Virus record (IMG/VR): IMGVR_UViG_3300045988_040126
Source: a virus
Length of the DNA stretch: 45,135 nt
Reading direction: 5' to 3' (one strand)
Positions 15,769-23,043 of this stretch are shown here, piece by piece (the first letter of the stretch is position 1; each line of letters opens with the position of its first letter). The position numbers and the translations under genes were made by a program. The notes beneath the pieces were generated by a model that ran no database searches, had not been told where the DNA came from, and saw only the letters and a program-made list of their open reading frames with translations.

Positions 15769-16467
15769 TCAATCGGCCTGTTCGTATGTGTACGCCCCGT
15801 CCGCGCCCTGCTTGATAAATCCGGCAGTATCAGCAATTCGCCCACCGCCGTCGAGGGTCCCATAAACGGGAACCGTAACGTCGGAGCCGTCAAAAACAAT
15901 CCCGGTCCCGTCGTCACACTTGATCGTAAAATAGTTGTACCCGCTATCTTTCACGACGGTTTCGGCAAATTCCGCGAAGTTCTCCGCGGTGAGGTCCGAA
16001 AGCTGGGACTTTAGAACGCTGATATATGCACGCTGACCGATCACGTCGCCGGAACCGCTTTTCACGTCCTCCGTTTTCACGTCGCAATCAAGCAGGAAGT
16101 TATATTGCCTATATTCCGGGTAAAGAACGTCTTTCCCGTCGCCGATCTCCGCAACCGTGCCGTCGTCGTTCATGGTGACTTCAAGGGAGTTTGTACCCCA
16201 GCGGACTTTATAGGCCCCGTCACTTTCGGAAACGGTATTGATCTTCCCGTCAAGGCCGCAAGACACAAGCGCAATGAAAACTTCATCGGCCTGTTCGGGG
16301 GTGATCTGCATTTCGGCCCGAATCGTGTTCATAGAATCCGGGTAAAAGTCATATTGCGCCGTCAATTCCTCCGATTTTGGCGTGTCAAGGTCAACCAGCA
16401 CGTCACCGCAACCCGCAAGAGAGAGGGACAGGACCGCCGCAAGCGCAAGAGCAACAATTTTTTTCAT
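15769..16467 (-). CDS. prophage-encoded lipoprotein
   Basis: 232 aa with a signal peptide and lipobox (MKKIVALALAAVLSLSLAGC). Encoded on the opposite strand in the accessory island. Confidence 0.8.
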   Translation of the reverse strand: MKKIVALALAAVLSLSLAGCGDVLVDLDTPKSEELTAQYDFYPDSMNTIRAEMQITPEQADEVFIALVSCGLDGKINTVSESDGAYKVRWGTNSLEVTMNDDGTVAEIGDGKDVLYPEYRQYNFLLDCDVKTEDVKSGSGDVIGQRAYISVLKSQLSDLTAENFAEFAETVVKDSGYNYFTIKCDDGTGIVFDGSDVTVPVYGTLDGGGRIADTAGFIKQGADGAYTYEQAD

Positions 16468-16552
16468 GTGGAATCCTCCATTCCGCCGCCCGGCCCGCCG
16501 GGGGCTTGTGTTTTTTGAGGGCCGGACCGCCTGAAAACGCTGGCGTTCTGAC

Positions 16553-16613
16553 CTTTAACACAATTATGAACGGTTGGCGTGTTAAAGTCAAGAATGAAGC
16601 TGAACTTTAACAC
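16553..16613. promoter_or_regulatory. three copies of CTTTAACAC (direct, inverted, direct), each separated by 17 nt, upstream of the XRE gene
   Basis: ctttaacac at 16553-16561, gtgttaaag at 16579-16587, and ctttaacac at 16605-16613, in the divergent lipoprotein/XRE intergenic region. Confidence 0.55.
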
Positions 16614-16630
16614 AGAGCGGAGGAACAAAC

Positions 16631-16855
16631 GTGAAAATATACGACTATAAAGGCCGGAAGAATCTATGCGGAAACCGGGTGAAAGAAGCACGCGCCCGGA
16701 AGAACATTACGCAAGCCGACCTTGCCGCAAGATTACAGGTGGCGGGCGTGACAATGGAGCGGGACAGCGTTTCAAGAATCGAAATCGGAACCCGGTTCGT
16801 CACCGATTACGAACTTACCATTCTTGCGAAAGTGCTGGGCGTGTCTATGGAATAG
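16631..16855 (+). CDS. XRE-family helix-turn-helix transcriptional regulator
   Basis: 74 aa, GTG start after GGAGGA. The segment RVKEARARKNITQADLAARLQVAGVTMERDSVSRIEIG is a classic HTH_3 pattern. Confidence 0.85.
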   Translation: MKIYDYKGRKNLCGNRVKEARARKNITQADLAARLQVAGVTMERDSVSRIEIGTRFVTDYELTILAKVLGVSME

Positions 16856-16881
16856 CTGACCGAACAGGAAGAATAAAACTT

Positions 16882-16899
16882 TATACTTGCGTTAGTATA
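16882..16899. promoter_or_regulatory. operator O4 (16/18 match to O1), overlapping the promoter of the IS30-family gene
   Basis: tatacttgcgttagtata, with the same core as O3. Confidence 0.65.
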
Positions 16900-16915
16900 G
16901 CAAAGCCGTTATAAT
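16887..16915 (+). promoter_or_regulatory. sigma70-type promoter (TTGCGT-N17-TATAAT) upstream of the IS30-family transposase gene
   Basis: The -35 is at 16887-16892 and the -10 at 16910-16915. The architecture is identical to the promoter at 15219-15247. Confidence 0.7.
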
Positions 16916-16950
16916 ATCATTGCGGGAACCCCGCGGAAAAATAACGGTTA

Positions 16951-16990
16951 AAGCCCGCCCAGACCTTACGGAACGGGCGGGCTTATTTAC
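16951..16990 (+). promoter_or_regulatory. strong leader hairpin (terminator/attenuator-like) in the 5' UTR of the transposase gene
   Basis: aagcccgccc-(14 nt)-gggcgggctt followed by ATTT. It lies between the promoter and the RBS at 16995-16999. Confidence 0.45.
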
Positions 16991-17006
16991 TAACGGAGGT
17001 TTTAAC

Positions 17007-18068
17007 ATGGGACACAAGTTCAGCCATCTTCAAAAGCGCGACCGCTATAAAATCGAAGCGTTGTTGAATACAGGGCATAAACCGCAGGAAATCGCGGACG
17101 AAATACACGTACACGTAAGCACGATATACAGGGAGATCAAACGCGCCCGCATGGTACAGCTTACGACCGATCTCGAAGAGGTTGACAAATACAACCCCGA
17201 CGAAGCCGAAAAGCGATACCGGGAAAACCTTTCGGCAAAGGGTCCGGCCCTGAAAATCGGGAAAGACTTTGAACTTGTGGAGTATCTCGAAGCCAAAATG
17301 CTGGACAAGGACAACCCGCGTTCGCCCGCCGCCGCCCTTGCTGACATCAAGCTGGAGGGCCGGACGTTCAAAACGTCGATTTGCGTAAGCACCCTATACA
17401 GCTACATAGAAAAGGGCGTTTTCCTGACCTTGACGAATGCGGACTTGCCGGAAAAGCCGAAACGGAAGCGGAAATATAGAAAGGTCCGGGAAGCAAAGAG
17501 CGCCGCGGCGGGGGACAGCATAGACCGCCGCCCGCCGGAAGTAGATGACCGAAACACGTTCGGACATTGGGAGGGCGACACCGTTTATAGCAAAAAAGAC
17601 GGGTCAAAAGCCCTGCTTGTGCTGACAGAGCGATTGACCCGCCGGGAAATTATCATGCGGATAAAGGACAGGACCGCGGAAAGCGTGATTAAAGCCATTG
17701 ACCGTATAGAACGGAAATTCGGGGCCGACCTGTTCGCAAAGCTATTTCGGACGATCACGTTTGACAACGGAAAAGAGTTTTCCGACGTGGAGCGGCTGGA
17801 GCGGTCCGCCTTGCGTAAGGGGAAGAAGCGGACAAAGGTTTATTTTTGCCACCCGTATTCATCTTTTGAACGCGGTTCTAATGAGTGCCAAAACAAAATG
17901 ATTCGGCGGCGCTTCCCGAAAGGAACGGATTTCGGCAAGGTATCAGACGCAGAGGTGGCGAAAGCGGAAGCGTGGGTGAACAACTACCCGCGGGAAATTT
18001 TGGGCTGGCAGACCTCCGAAATCCTGTTTCAAGCCTACCTTGCCGCCCTTGTCACCGCCCCGAAATAA
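17007..18068 (+). CDS. IS30-family DDE transposase/integrase
   Basis: 353 aa. N-terminal HTH (PQEIADEIHVHVSTIYREIKR) and DDE-region motifs GHWEGDTV, TFDNGKEF and ERGSNE. Confidence 0.85.
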   Translation: MGHKFSHLQKRDRYKIEALLNTGHKPQEIADEIHVHVSTIYREIKRARMVQLTTDLEEVDKYNPDEAEKRYRENLSAKGPALKIGKDFELVEYLEAKMLDKDNPRSPAAALADIKLEGRTFKTSICVSTLYSYIEKGVFLTLTNADLPEKPKRKRKYRKVREAKSAAAGDSIDRRPPEVDDRNTFGHWEGDTVYSKKDGSKALLVLTERLTRREIIMRIKDRTAESVIKAIDRIERKFGADLFAKLFRTITFDNGKEFSDVERLERSALRKGKKRTKVYFCHPYSSFERGSNECQNKMIRRRFPKGTDFGKVSDAEVAKAEAWVNNYPREILGWQTSEILFQAYLAALVTAPK

Positions 18069-18127
18069 AATTTTTTATATTTTTTTCGCATTTACTCTTG
18101 ACATTTGCGTCCGCGGCTTGTATTATT

Positions 18128-18190
18128 AAATGCGAAAGAACAAAGCACCCCGAAAATCGGGTGCAACCGTTCTTCCGCATTTATTTTTTT
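18128..18190 (+). terminator. rho-independent terminator after the transposase gene
   Basis: Nested hairpin aaatgcgaaagaac...gcaccc-cgaaaat-cgggtgc...gttcttccgcattt followed by a T-rich tract (TTATTTTTTT). Confidence 0.65.
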
Positions 18191-18236
18191 ATACCACAGA
18201 GCAGAGGAAAAAGCAATAGAACGGGGGTGAAAACTT

Positions 18237-18515
18237 GTGCGGCGATACAAATACATAACATTTCAGGACCGAAGAACACTTGCCGCCGCATACGAACGCG
18301 GAGAGCGGGCGGCGGATATTGCGGAGCGGCTGGGGGTGACGGTTGCGACCGTGTACCGGGAGTTGAAGAGGGGCGAAAGCACCGACGGAAGCGGGAACGT
18401 GATTCTTGACCGCAACCAGCGCCCGGCATACAGCCCCGTTATTGCCCAGCAGACGGTACAAGCAAGCTTCAAGCGCCGCGGGCGCACGACCGCGGAAAGT
18501 GGCGCGGGCGTGTGA
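18237..18515 (+). CDS. IS30-like HTH-only protein (transposase N-terminal DNA-binding domain without the DDE domain)
   Basis: 92 aa. DRRTLAAAYERGERAADIAERLGVTVATVYRELKRG parallels the N-terminus of the 17007 gene. There is no catalytic region. GTG start. Confidence 0.6.
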   Translation: MRRYKYITFQDRRTLAAAYERGERAADIAERLGVTVATVYRELKRGESTDGSGNVILDRNQRPAYSPVIAQQTVQASFKRRGRTTAESGAGV

Positions 18516-18547
18516 TCGTCCGGGAATCTGAAAAGGAGGTTTTAACG

Positions 18548-18763
18548 GTGAACAACTTTGAAAAACTGACGAAAGGCCCGGACGCGCTGGGCGCATTCTT
18601 GCGAACCTTGCCCGTTTTAGAGGGGCCGTGGGACGCGGAATTTCACGCCCGCTTTTGCGCCGGGTGCGCCGCGGAGAATTGCGACGCTTGCCCGAACGAA
18701 GAGTTCAGGAACAACCCCGGCTGGTGGCTGACACTTGAAGCCGGAAAGGAGCGGGACGCATGA
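18548..18763 (+). CDS. hypothetical Cys-rich small protein
   Basis: 71 aa. GTG start after AAGGAGG plus the same ttttaac spacer seen at the 17007 gene. Confidence 0.55.
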   Translation: MNNFEKLTKGPDALGAFLRTLPVLEGPWDAEFHARFCAGCAAENCDACPNEEFRNNPGWWLTLEAGKERDA

Positions 18764-19155
18764 AAAAGAAAATCACGTTCCCGGACTGGACAGGCCCGGC
18801 GGGGCAGATTATCACCCGCAACGGAGAAAACGGGAAGCGGCCCATTTGGAGGGCATACGATCAGGACCCGGCGGGCGATTTCCTCGCCCTCCGTGTGACG
18901 CTGGAAATTACCGGGGGTTCAACCCTGTTTGAGAGATTCGACAGCGAAGAGGAACGCGCCGCCGCACAAGCGGAAGCAAGCCGCCGGGTTACATGGCGGA
19001 ACGCGCTGGGCTTTGCCGAACAGTTGTGGCGGGACGCGCCCCACCGCGAATACGTCGTGTTATTCAGGCCGGAAAGCCCGAACGTCGGGCGCGAAGCGAT
19101 TTGCATATATCAGCGGTTGCCGTCGCTTTCGGCGGCGGGAAAGGCGGTGCAATGA
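18760..19155 (+). CDS. hypothetical protein
   Basis: 131 aa. ATGA-coupled to the upstream ORF. Confidence 0.55.
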   Translation: MKKKITFPDWTGPAGQIITRNGENGKRPIWRAYDQDPAGDFLALRVTLEITGGSTLFERFDSEEERAAAQAEASRRVTWRNALGFAEQLWRDAPHREYVVLFRPESPNVGREAICIYQRLPSLSAAGKAVQ

Positions 19156-19442
19156 TGGACAAGGCGAAAAGCCTTTATCTTGTAAAAAATTCGAGCGGGC
19201 GCACGCTTCACGTTTGGGCCGCGTCCAGCGATCAGGCAAAGCGGATTTTCTGCAAGGAATACGGGATTCGCTCCGGCGACTATTGGTGCGGCCTGTCTAC
19301 GCTGACCGCCCGGAAGTTGAAGCCGGAAGAGGTCAAGGCGTGGGAAGCCGACGCGGAAGCGGATCGGGCGACATACCTTTTCATTCGCGGAATGCTGGAG
19401 ATCGGCGCGAAAGCCTATGCCGAAAGGGGGTGCGCCGTATGA
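19152..19442 (+). CDS. hypothetical protein
   Basis: 96 aa. The ATG overlaps the upstream stop (ATGATG). Confidence 0.55.
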   Translation: MMDKAKSLYLVKNSSGRTLHVWAASSDQAKRIFCKEYGIRSGDYWCGLSTLTARKLKPEEVKAWEADAEADRATYLFIRGMLEIGAKAYAERGCAV

Positions 19443-19696
19443 GCCTTTGCCGGGGGTGCGGTTCTCGCATTGAGTGGATAAAGACCACGGCGGGCCGGAA
19501 TATGCCCGTTGACCCTGAACCCGTTTTTGTGATCGAGGGCGACGGACGCGACCGTTTCGTGACGGACGACGGCGCGGTGATCGTCGGGCGGCGCGCCCGC
19601 CCGGAAGAGGAAAGCCGCGAACTTCCCGTTGCATTTGTGCCGCATTGGAAAACTTGCCCGAATGCCGGGGACTTCCGGCGGCGTGGGAGGGGGTGA
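19439..19696 (+). CDS. hypothetical zinc-ribbon-like protein
   Basis: 85 aa with CRGCG ... HWKTCP. ATGA-coupled. Confidence 0.5.
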   Translation: MSLCRGCGSRIEWIKTTAGRNMPVDPEPVFVIEGDGRDRFVTDDGAVIVGRRARPEEESRELPVAFVPHWKTCPNAGDFRRRGRG

Positions 19697-19700
19697 CAGC

Positions 19701-19907
19701 ATGAAACGTCAATTCTGTTTGCCCTGCTTCCTCGAACTGCAAAAGGCCGGAAAGCACGATATAAAGCGCGTCGGTGGCGGGCGAAATATGAAGATCACGT
19801 GCTGGCGGTGCAAGCGCCGCCGTTACGGAGCGGAATATGAGATTTCCCGGAAAGGGAGCGCCGACCCGACGCACAAAGAAAGGGGGACAAGCAATGCCGA
19901 AATATGA
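19701..19907 (+). CDS. hypothetical zinc-finger-like small protein
   Basis: 68 aa with CLPC ... CWRC. Confidence 0.45.
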   Translation: MKRQFCLPCFLELQKAGKHDIKRVGGGRNMKITCWRCKRRRYGAEYEISRKGSADPTHKERGTSNAEI

Positions 19908-20568
19908 ATTTGTCGCCGTTGATTTCGACGGGACACTTTGCACAAACGATTTCCCGGAAATCGGGGAGCCGAACCCCGTTGTCATCGGCTACGTTCGGAA
20001 GCTGGCGGCGGAGGGTTCAAAGATCATTCTTTACACAAGCCGGGAAAACGGAACCCGGAAACTGCTTGACGAAGCGGTGGCGTTCTGCAAGGCGCAGGGA
20101 ATCCCGATTCACGCGGTCAATGAAAACCCGTGGAACCCATACGCCGCAACAATCGGCCTGAAACCGTCCGACGGGCGAAAGGTATATGCGGACCTTTACA
20201 TTGACGACAAGGCCATAAACCCAGCGGGACTTGAATGGGGCGGTTCATTGGAAAGAAAACAGCCGAAACGATACCCGTTGCCGCCGGAAGCCGGGAAAGC
20301 GGACGAGCGCTGGGCGGAGGTTATGAAGCTTGCGGAAGAATGCGGCTTTATCCTGCAAGCGGCGGCGGGAACGGCGATTCTTGCGACAAACCGGGTTCAG
20401 ATCGAAGAAAACGGCGTGGAAGATTACGCCCGCATTCAGCGAATGAACGGACGTTGCCCGCAAGAAATCGGGTTGCCGGGGTGCTTTGACAGCATGACGG
20501 GGGAACCGCGGTGCGTCGGGGAGCAATGCGAACTATGGAAGCGGAGGAAGCAACATGACAGAGGTTAA
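19894..20568 (+). CDS. HAD-superfamily phosphatase-like protein
   Basis: 224 aa. The N-terminal VDFDGTL (DxDxT) motif and a later YIDDK are consistent with the HAD fold. Confidence 0.55.
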   Translation: MPKYEFVAVDFDGTLCTNDFPEIGEPNPVVIGYVRKLAAEGSKIILYTSRENGTRKLLDEAVAFCKAQGIPIHAVNENPWNPYAATIGLKPSDGRKVYADLYIDDKAINPAGLEWGGSLERKQPKRYPLPPEAGKADERWAEVMKLAEECGFILQAAAGTAILATNRVQIEENGVEDYARIQRMNGRCPQEIGLPGCFDSMTGEPRCVGEQCELWKRRKQHDRG

Positions 20569-20860
20569 AACGGCCCGCCGTGGAGCGGGACAGCCCCAGC
20601 CGCGGCGGAGGACAAGCCGCCGGGCAAAGGTAAGCCGGGAAACAATCGCCCTTTATGCGACGCTGACCGTCGCCGGAATCCTGCTTTTTCGAGCGGGCGC
20701 GGCGGTTGCCTACGTGGAACGCGGGTACAGCGCGGTGGGCGGCGAAGTGTTCGCCTTGTTTCTCCCGGTATTTTACTACATCGTTTCGCAATTCGTCGGC
20801 GATATTGCCGCGGACATGAAAAAAATCAAGGAGGAAAACGACCATGAAAAAACTTGCTGA
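20555..20860 (+). CDS. small membrane protein
   Basis: 101 aa with a basic N-terminus and two hydrophobic helices. It overlaps the next gene by 17 nt. Confidence 0.5.
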   Translation: MTEVKTARRGAGQPQPRRRTSRRAKVSRETIALYATLTVAGILLFRAGAAVAYVERGYSAVGGEVFALFLPVFYYIVSQFVGDIAADMKKIKEENDHEKTC

Positions 20861-21575
20861 ACTGAAATGCGGTGCGCGCTTCACATATGCCGGGGTGGAA
20901 TGGGTCAAGCTGGAGGACAACGACGGCGGCGCGCTTGCCCTTGCCGCCGAACCTGTCTTTGAACGGGCTTTCGACGAAGAGAATTGCAACGATTGGCGCA
21001 AGTCGTCCTTGCGCCGAGAACTGAACGGCCCGTTCCTTGACGCGCTGATTGCAGAGGGCGCAGACCGGGCGGCGTTCCTCGACCTCGAAAGCGACTTGAC
21101 CGCCGATGACGGAATGACCGACTACGGGACCGCGACGGACAAAATCGCCTTGATTTCCGACGGCCTGTACCGCAAGTTCCGCGCCCTGATTCCGAAAATC
21201 GGGTGCTGGTGGTGGACCCTGACCCCGTGGACGTGCGACCCCGAATACTCGTGCCGCGTCCGCTACGTCTATTCCTCCGGCGCGTTGCACTGGTACCGCG
21301 CGTACAATGGCTACGTCGGCGTTCGCCCGCTTTGCAATATGAAATCTGACATCTTGGTATCTGTTCAGGGTGAAGAGAACGCAGACGATCAGGCGGAGCG
21401 CCGGGCCACGGCGGTTGAGGAAGCCGCGGAAGCCGTCATTGACACGCTGGGCGAATATGCCGTGTCCCTTTGGGGCGACGTGCTGGCGGCGGTTGTGTCG
21501 TCCCTCTTCAAGTCGAAGCTGGACGCGGAAGAGATCATGCAGGAAGAGAAAGCAAAAAGGGCGGCGGAGGGTTGA
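20844..21575 (+). CDS. DGR target protein 2 (remote target; C-type-lectin-like variable domain plus acidic/hydrophobic C-terminal tail)
   Basis: 243 aa. CWWWTLTPW precedes VR2, which ends in GVRPLC. The VR matches the TR at 6848-6936. Confidence 0.85.
   Translation: MKKLAELKCGARFTYAGVEWVKLEDNDGGALALAAEPVFERAFDEENCNDWRKSSLRRELNGPFLDALIAEGADRAAFLDLESDLTADDGMTDYGTATDKIALISDGLYRKFRALIPKIGCWWWTLTPWTCDPEYSCRVRYVYSSGALHWYRAYNGYVGVRPLCNMKSDILVSVQGEENADDQAERRATAVEEAAEAVIDTLGEYAVSLWGDVLAAVVSSLFKSKLDAEEIMQEEKAKRAAEG
21245..21333 (+). repeat. DGR variable repeat 2 (VR2)
   Basis: 89 bp aligned to TR 6848-6936 with 14 differences, all at TR adenines (AAC->TAC, CGC, CAC, GTC; ATG->TTG; TAC->TGC; AAT->TAT). 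Confidence 0.9.
21350..21362 (+). promoter_or_regulatory. conserved element atcttggtatctg, 17 nt 3' of VR2 (candidate IMH/target-recognition element)
   Basis: The 13-mer and its spacing are identical to those after VR1. Confidence 0.45.
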
Positions 21576-21608
21576 CCCCTCCCCGCCGCACAGAAAACAG
21601 CATAAAGA

Positions 21609-21653
21609 AAACCGCCCCGCGCTTGCTTTGGAAGAACAAGCGCGAAGCGGTTT
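21609..21653 (+). terminator. terminator-like nested hairpin after target 2
   Basis: aaaccgc-cc-cgcgcttg-(11 nt)-caagcgcg-aa-gcggttt. The following T tract is short. Confidence 0.45.
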
Positions 21654-21678
21654 CCGCCGATGAAAATACATCACGTAT

Positions 21679-21696
21679 CAACCTAACGTGAGTATA
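21679..21696. promoter_or_regulatory. operator-like site (14/18 match to O1; right half conserved)
   Basis: caacctaacgtgagtata, located upstream of the Rep-like gene region. Confidence 0.35.
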
Positions 21697-21786
21697 ACAC
21701 AAAGCGGCGGAAAAGTCAAGTAAAAGCGCCGCTTTCAAGCGGCGTGGCGGGCTTGTAATGGGTATTAACGTTCCGGCGAAGCCTTG

Positions 21787-21931
21787 TCCACGCACACACA
21801 GGAAACCGGGGGATTTTACAGGGGTTTCACGCCCTTTTTCCCTCTTCCCTTTTTTCTCCATGCGCCGCCGAGGGTGATGGGGGTTTGTAAGGGGGAAGAG
21901 GGAGGGGGCGCGTGTGTGAACCCTCTTCCCC
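21787..21931. repeat. repeat/hairpin-rich non-coding region, candidate replication origin
   Basis: CCCTCTTCCC at 21840-21849 and 21921-21930, with the inverted copy GGGAAGAGGG at 21893-21902. Also a cacacaca / gtgtgtg pair and a gaaacc...ggtttc hairpin. Confidence 0.4.
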
Positions 21932-22005
21932 CTTGCAAGTGATCGGCAAGCACAAGGCCGGAAACAGAACAGCCCGCTTCATCATCGACAGAAAGAGGGT
22001 GAAGC

Positions 22006-22830
22006 ATGGTGCGAAGTTTCATGCGGGAAAAGAAGATATATTGCGGGGACCATTACAGGGAGGTTGATATTTATTCCTACACCGACGCGCAAAAGAAAGC
22101 TTCCAGCAGGGGCAAGCGTTCAAAAAAGGTCAAGGAATCCGAACCGAAACAAAAGAACCTGAATGACAAGAACGCCCGGCGGTATTTCACACAGACAGCG
22201 AACTTGAATTTCGGGAGCGACCCGGACGCGTTGCACGTGTCGGCGACCTATTCCGCAAAGTATCTTCCGGCGACCATAGAGGAAGCGGAAAAGGAAGCTT
22301 CAAACTACTTGCGCCGGGTCCAGTACCGCCGGGAGAAAGAGGGGTTGCCGCCCCTGAAATATATGCTTGTGACGGCATACAGCACAGGCAAGGACGGAAA
22401 GAAGCCCGTCCGCATTCATCATCACATCATTATGAACGGAGGGCTTGACCGTGACACCGTGGAAGAGTTGTGGCGCAAGCGGAAGCGGAAAGGACAGAAG
22501 AAAGGCGACCGAATCGGGTTTTGCAACGCCGACCGCCTACAATCTGATGAAAACGGGATTTCTGCCCTTTGCAACTACCTTGTGAAGCAAGCCGCCGGGA
22601 AAAAGCGGTGGTCATCGTCCCACAATTTGGAGCGACCGACAAGCCGCACGAATGACGGGCGCTGGAATCATCGACAGGTTGAGCGGATAGCAAAGGAACA
22701 GCCGGGCCGGGAGTTTTGGGAACGGAAATACCCCGGCTGGACCCTGACCGACAACGTGTACGGCGTTACATACGAACACAACGACTTCACGGGCTGGTCA
22801 ATCTACTTGAAATTGAGAAAGAAAGAATAG
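22006..22830 (+). CDS. HUH-type rolling-circle replication initiator-like protein
   Basis: 274 aa. Candidate motifs: LHVSATYS (motif 1), VRIHHHIIMNGG (HUH), and ALCNYLVKQ (catalytic Tyr). Confidence 0.5.
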   Translation: MVRSFMREKKIYCGDHYREVDIYSYTDAQKKASSRGKRSKKVKESEPKQKNLNDKNARRYFTQTANLNFGSDPDALHVSATYSAKYLPATIEEAEKEASNYLRRVQYRREKEGLPPLKYMLVTAYSTGKDGKKPVRIHHHIIMNGGLDRDTVEELWRKRKRKGQKKGDRIGFCNADRLQSDENGISALCNYLVKQAAGKKRWSSSHNLERPTSRTNDGRWNHRQVERIAKEQPGREFWERKYPGWTLTDNVYGVTYEHNDFTGWSIYLKLRKKE

Positions 22831-22845
22831 AAAGGGGTGGTCATC

Positions 22846-23040
22846 ATGGGAACGCCTTACAGGGTATGCGAACATTGCGGCGCACACCTTGACGCGAACG
22901 AAAAATGCGATTGCAGGAACCCGAAACAGGAAGAAGCCGCGGCGGAAGCCCGGCCCATGAAGCTGGTTGCCGTGTGCCGGGTGGTTGACAAGCTGGTTCG
23001 GGAGAAAATGCTGGCCTTGCGGGGCCGGGCGGAGGAATAA
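22846..23040 (+). CDS. small zinc-ribbon protein
   Basis: 64 aa with CEHCG ... CDC. Confidence 0.45.
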   Translation: MGTPYRVCEHCGAHLDANEKCDCRNPKQEEAAAEARPMKLVAVCRVVDKLVREKMLALRGRAEE

Positions 23041-23043
23041 CCC

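Noticed and set aside
18098-18126. TTGACA-N17-TATTAT promoter-like sequence immediately before the 18128-18190 hairpin
   Set aside because: A transcript from it would terminate after about 55 nt. It could be a small RNA or an attenuated leader for 18237-18515. It cannot be distinguished from a chance match in the AT-rich tract following the transposase gene.
16856-18236. A discrete IS30 insertion sequence with terminal inverted repeats
   Set aside because: Manual comparison of 150 bp on each side found no convincing inverted repeats or target duplication. Only a 7-mer (ccgcgga) is shared. This needs a computational check.
19110-19985. 291-aa ORF on the minus strand. Similar antisense ORFs lie at 12725-13546, 20348-21001, 20826-21674, 30334-31188 and 33701-34393.
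   Set aside because: All lie opposite tightly coupled plus-strand genes, lack start context, and have skewed Arg/Pro/Gly composition.
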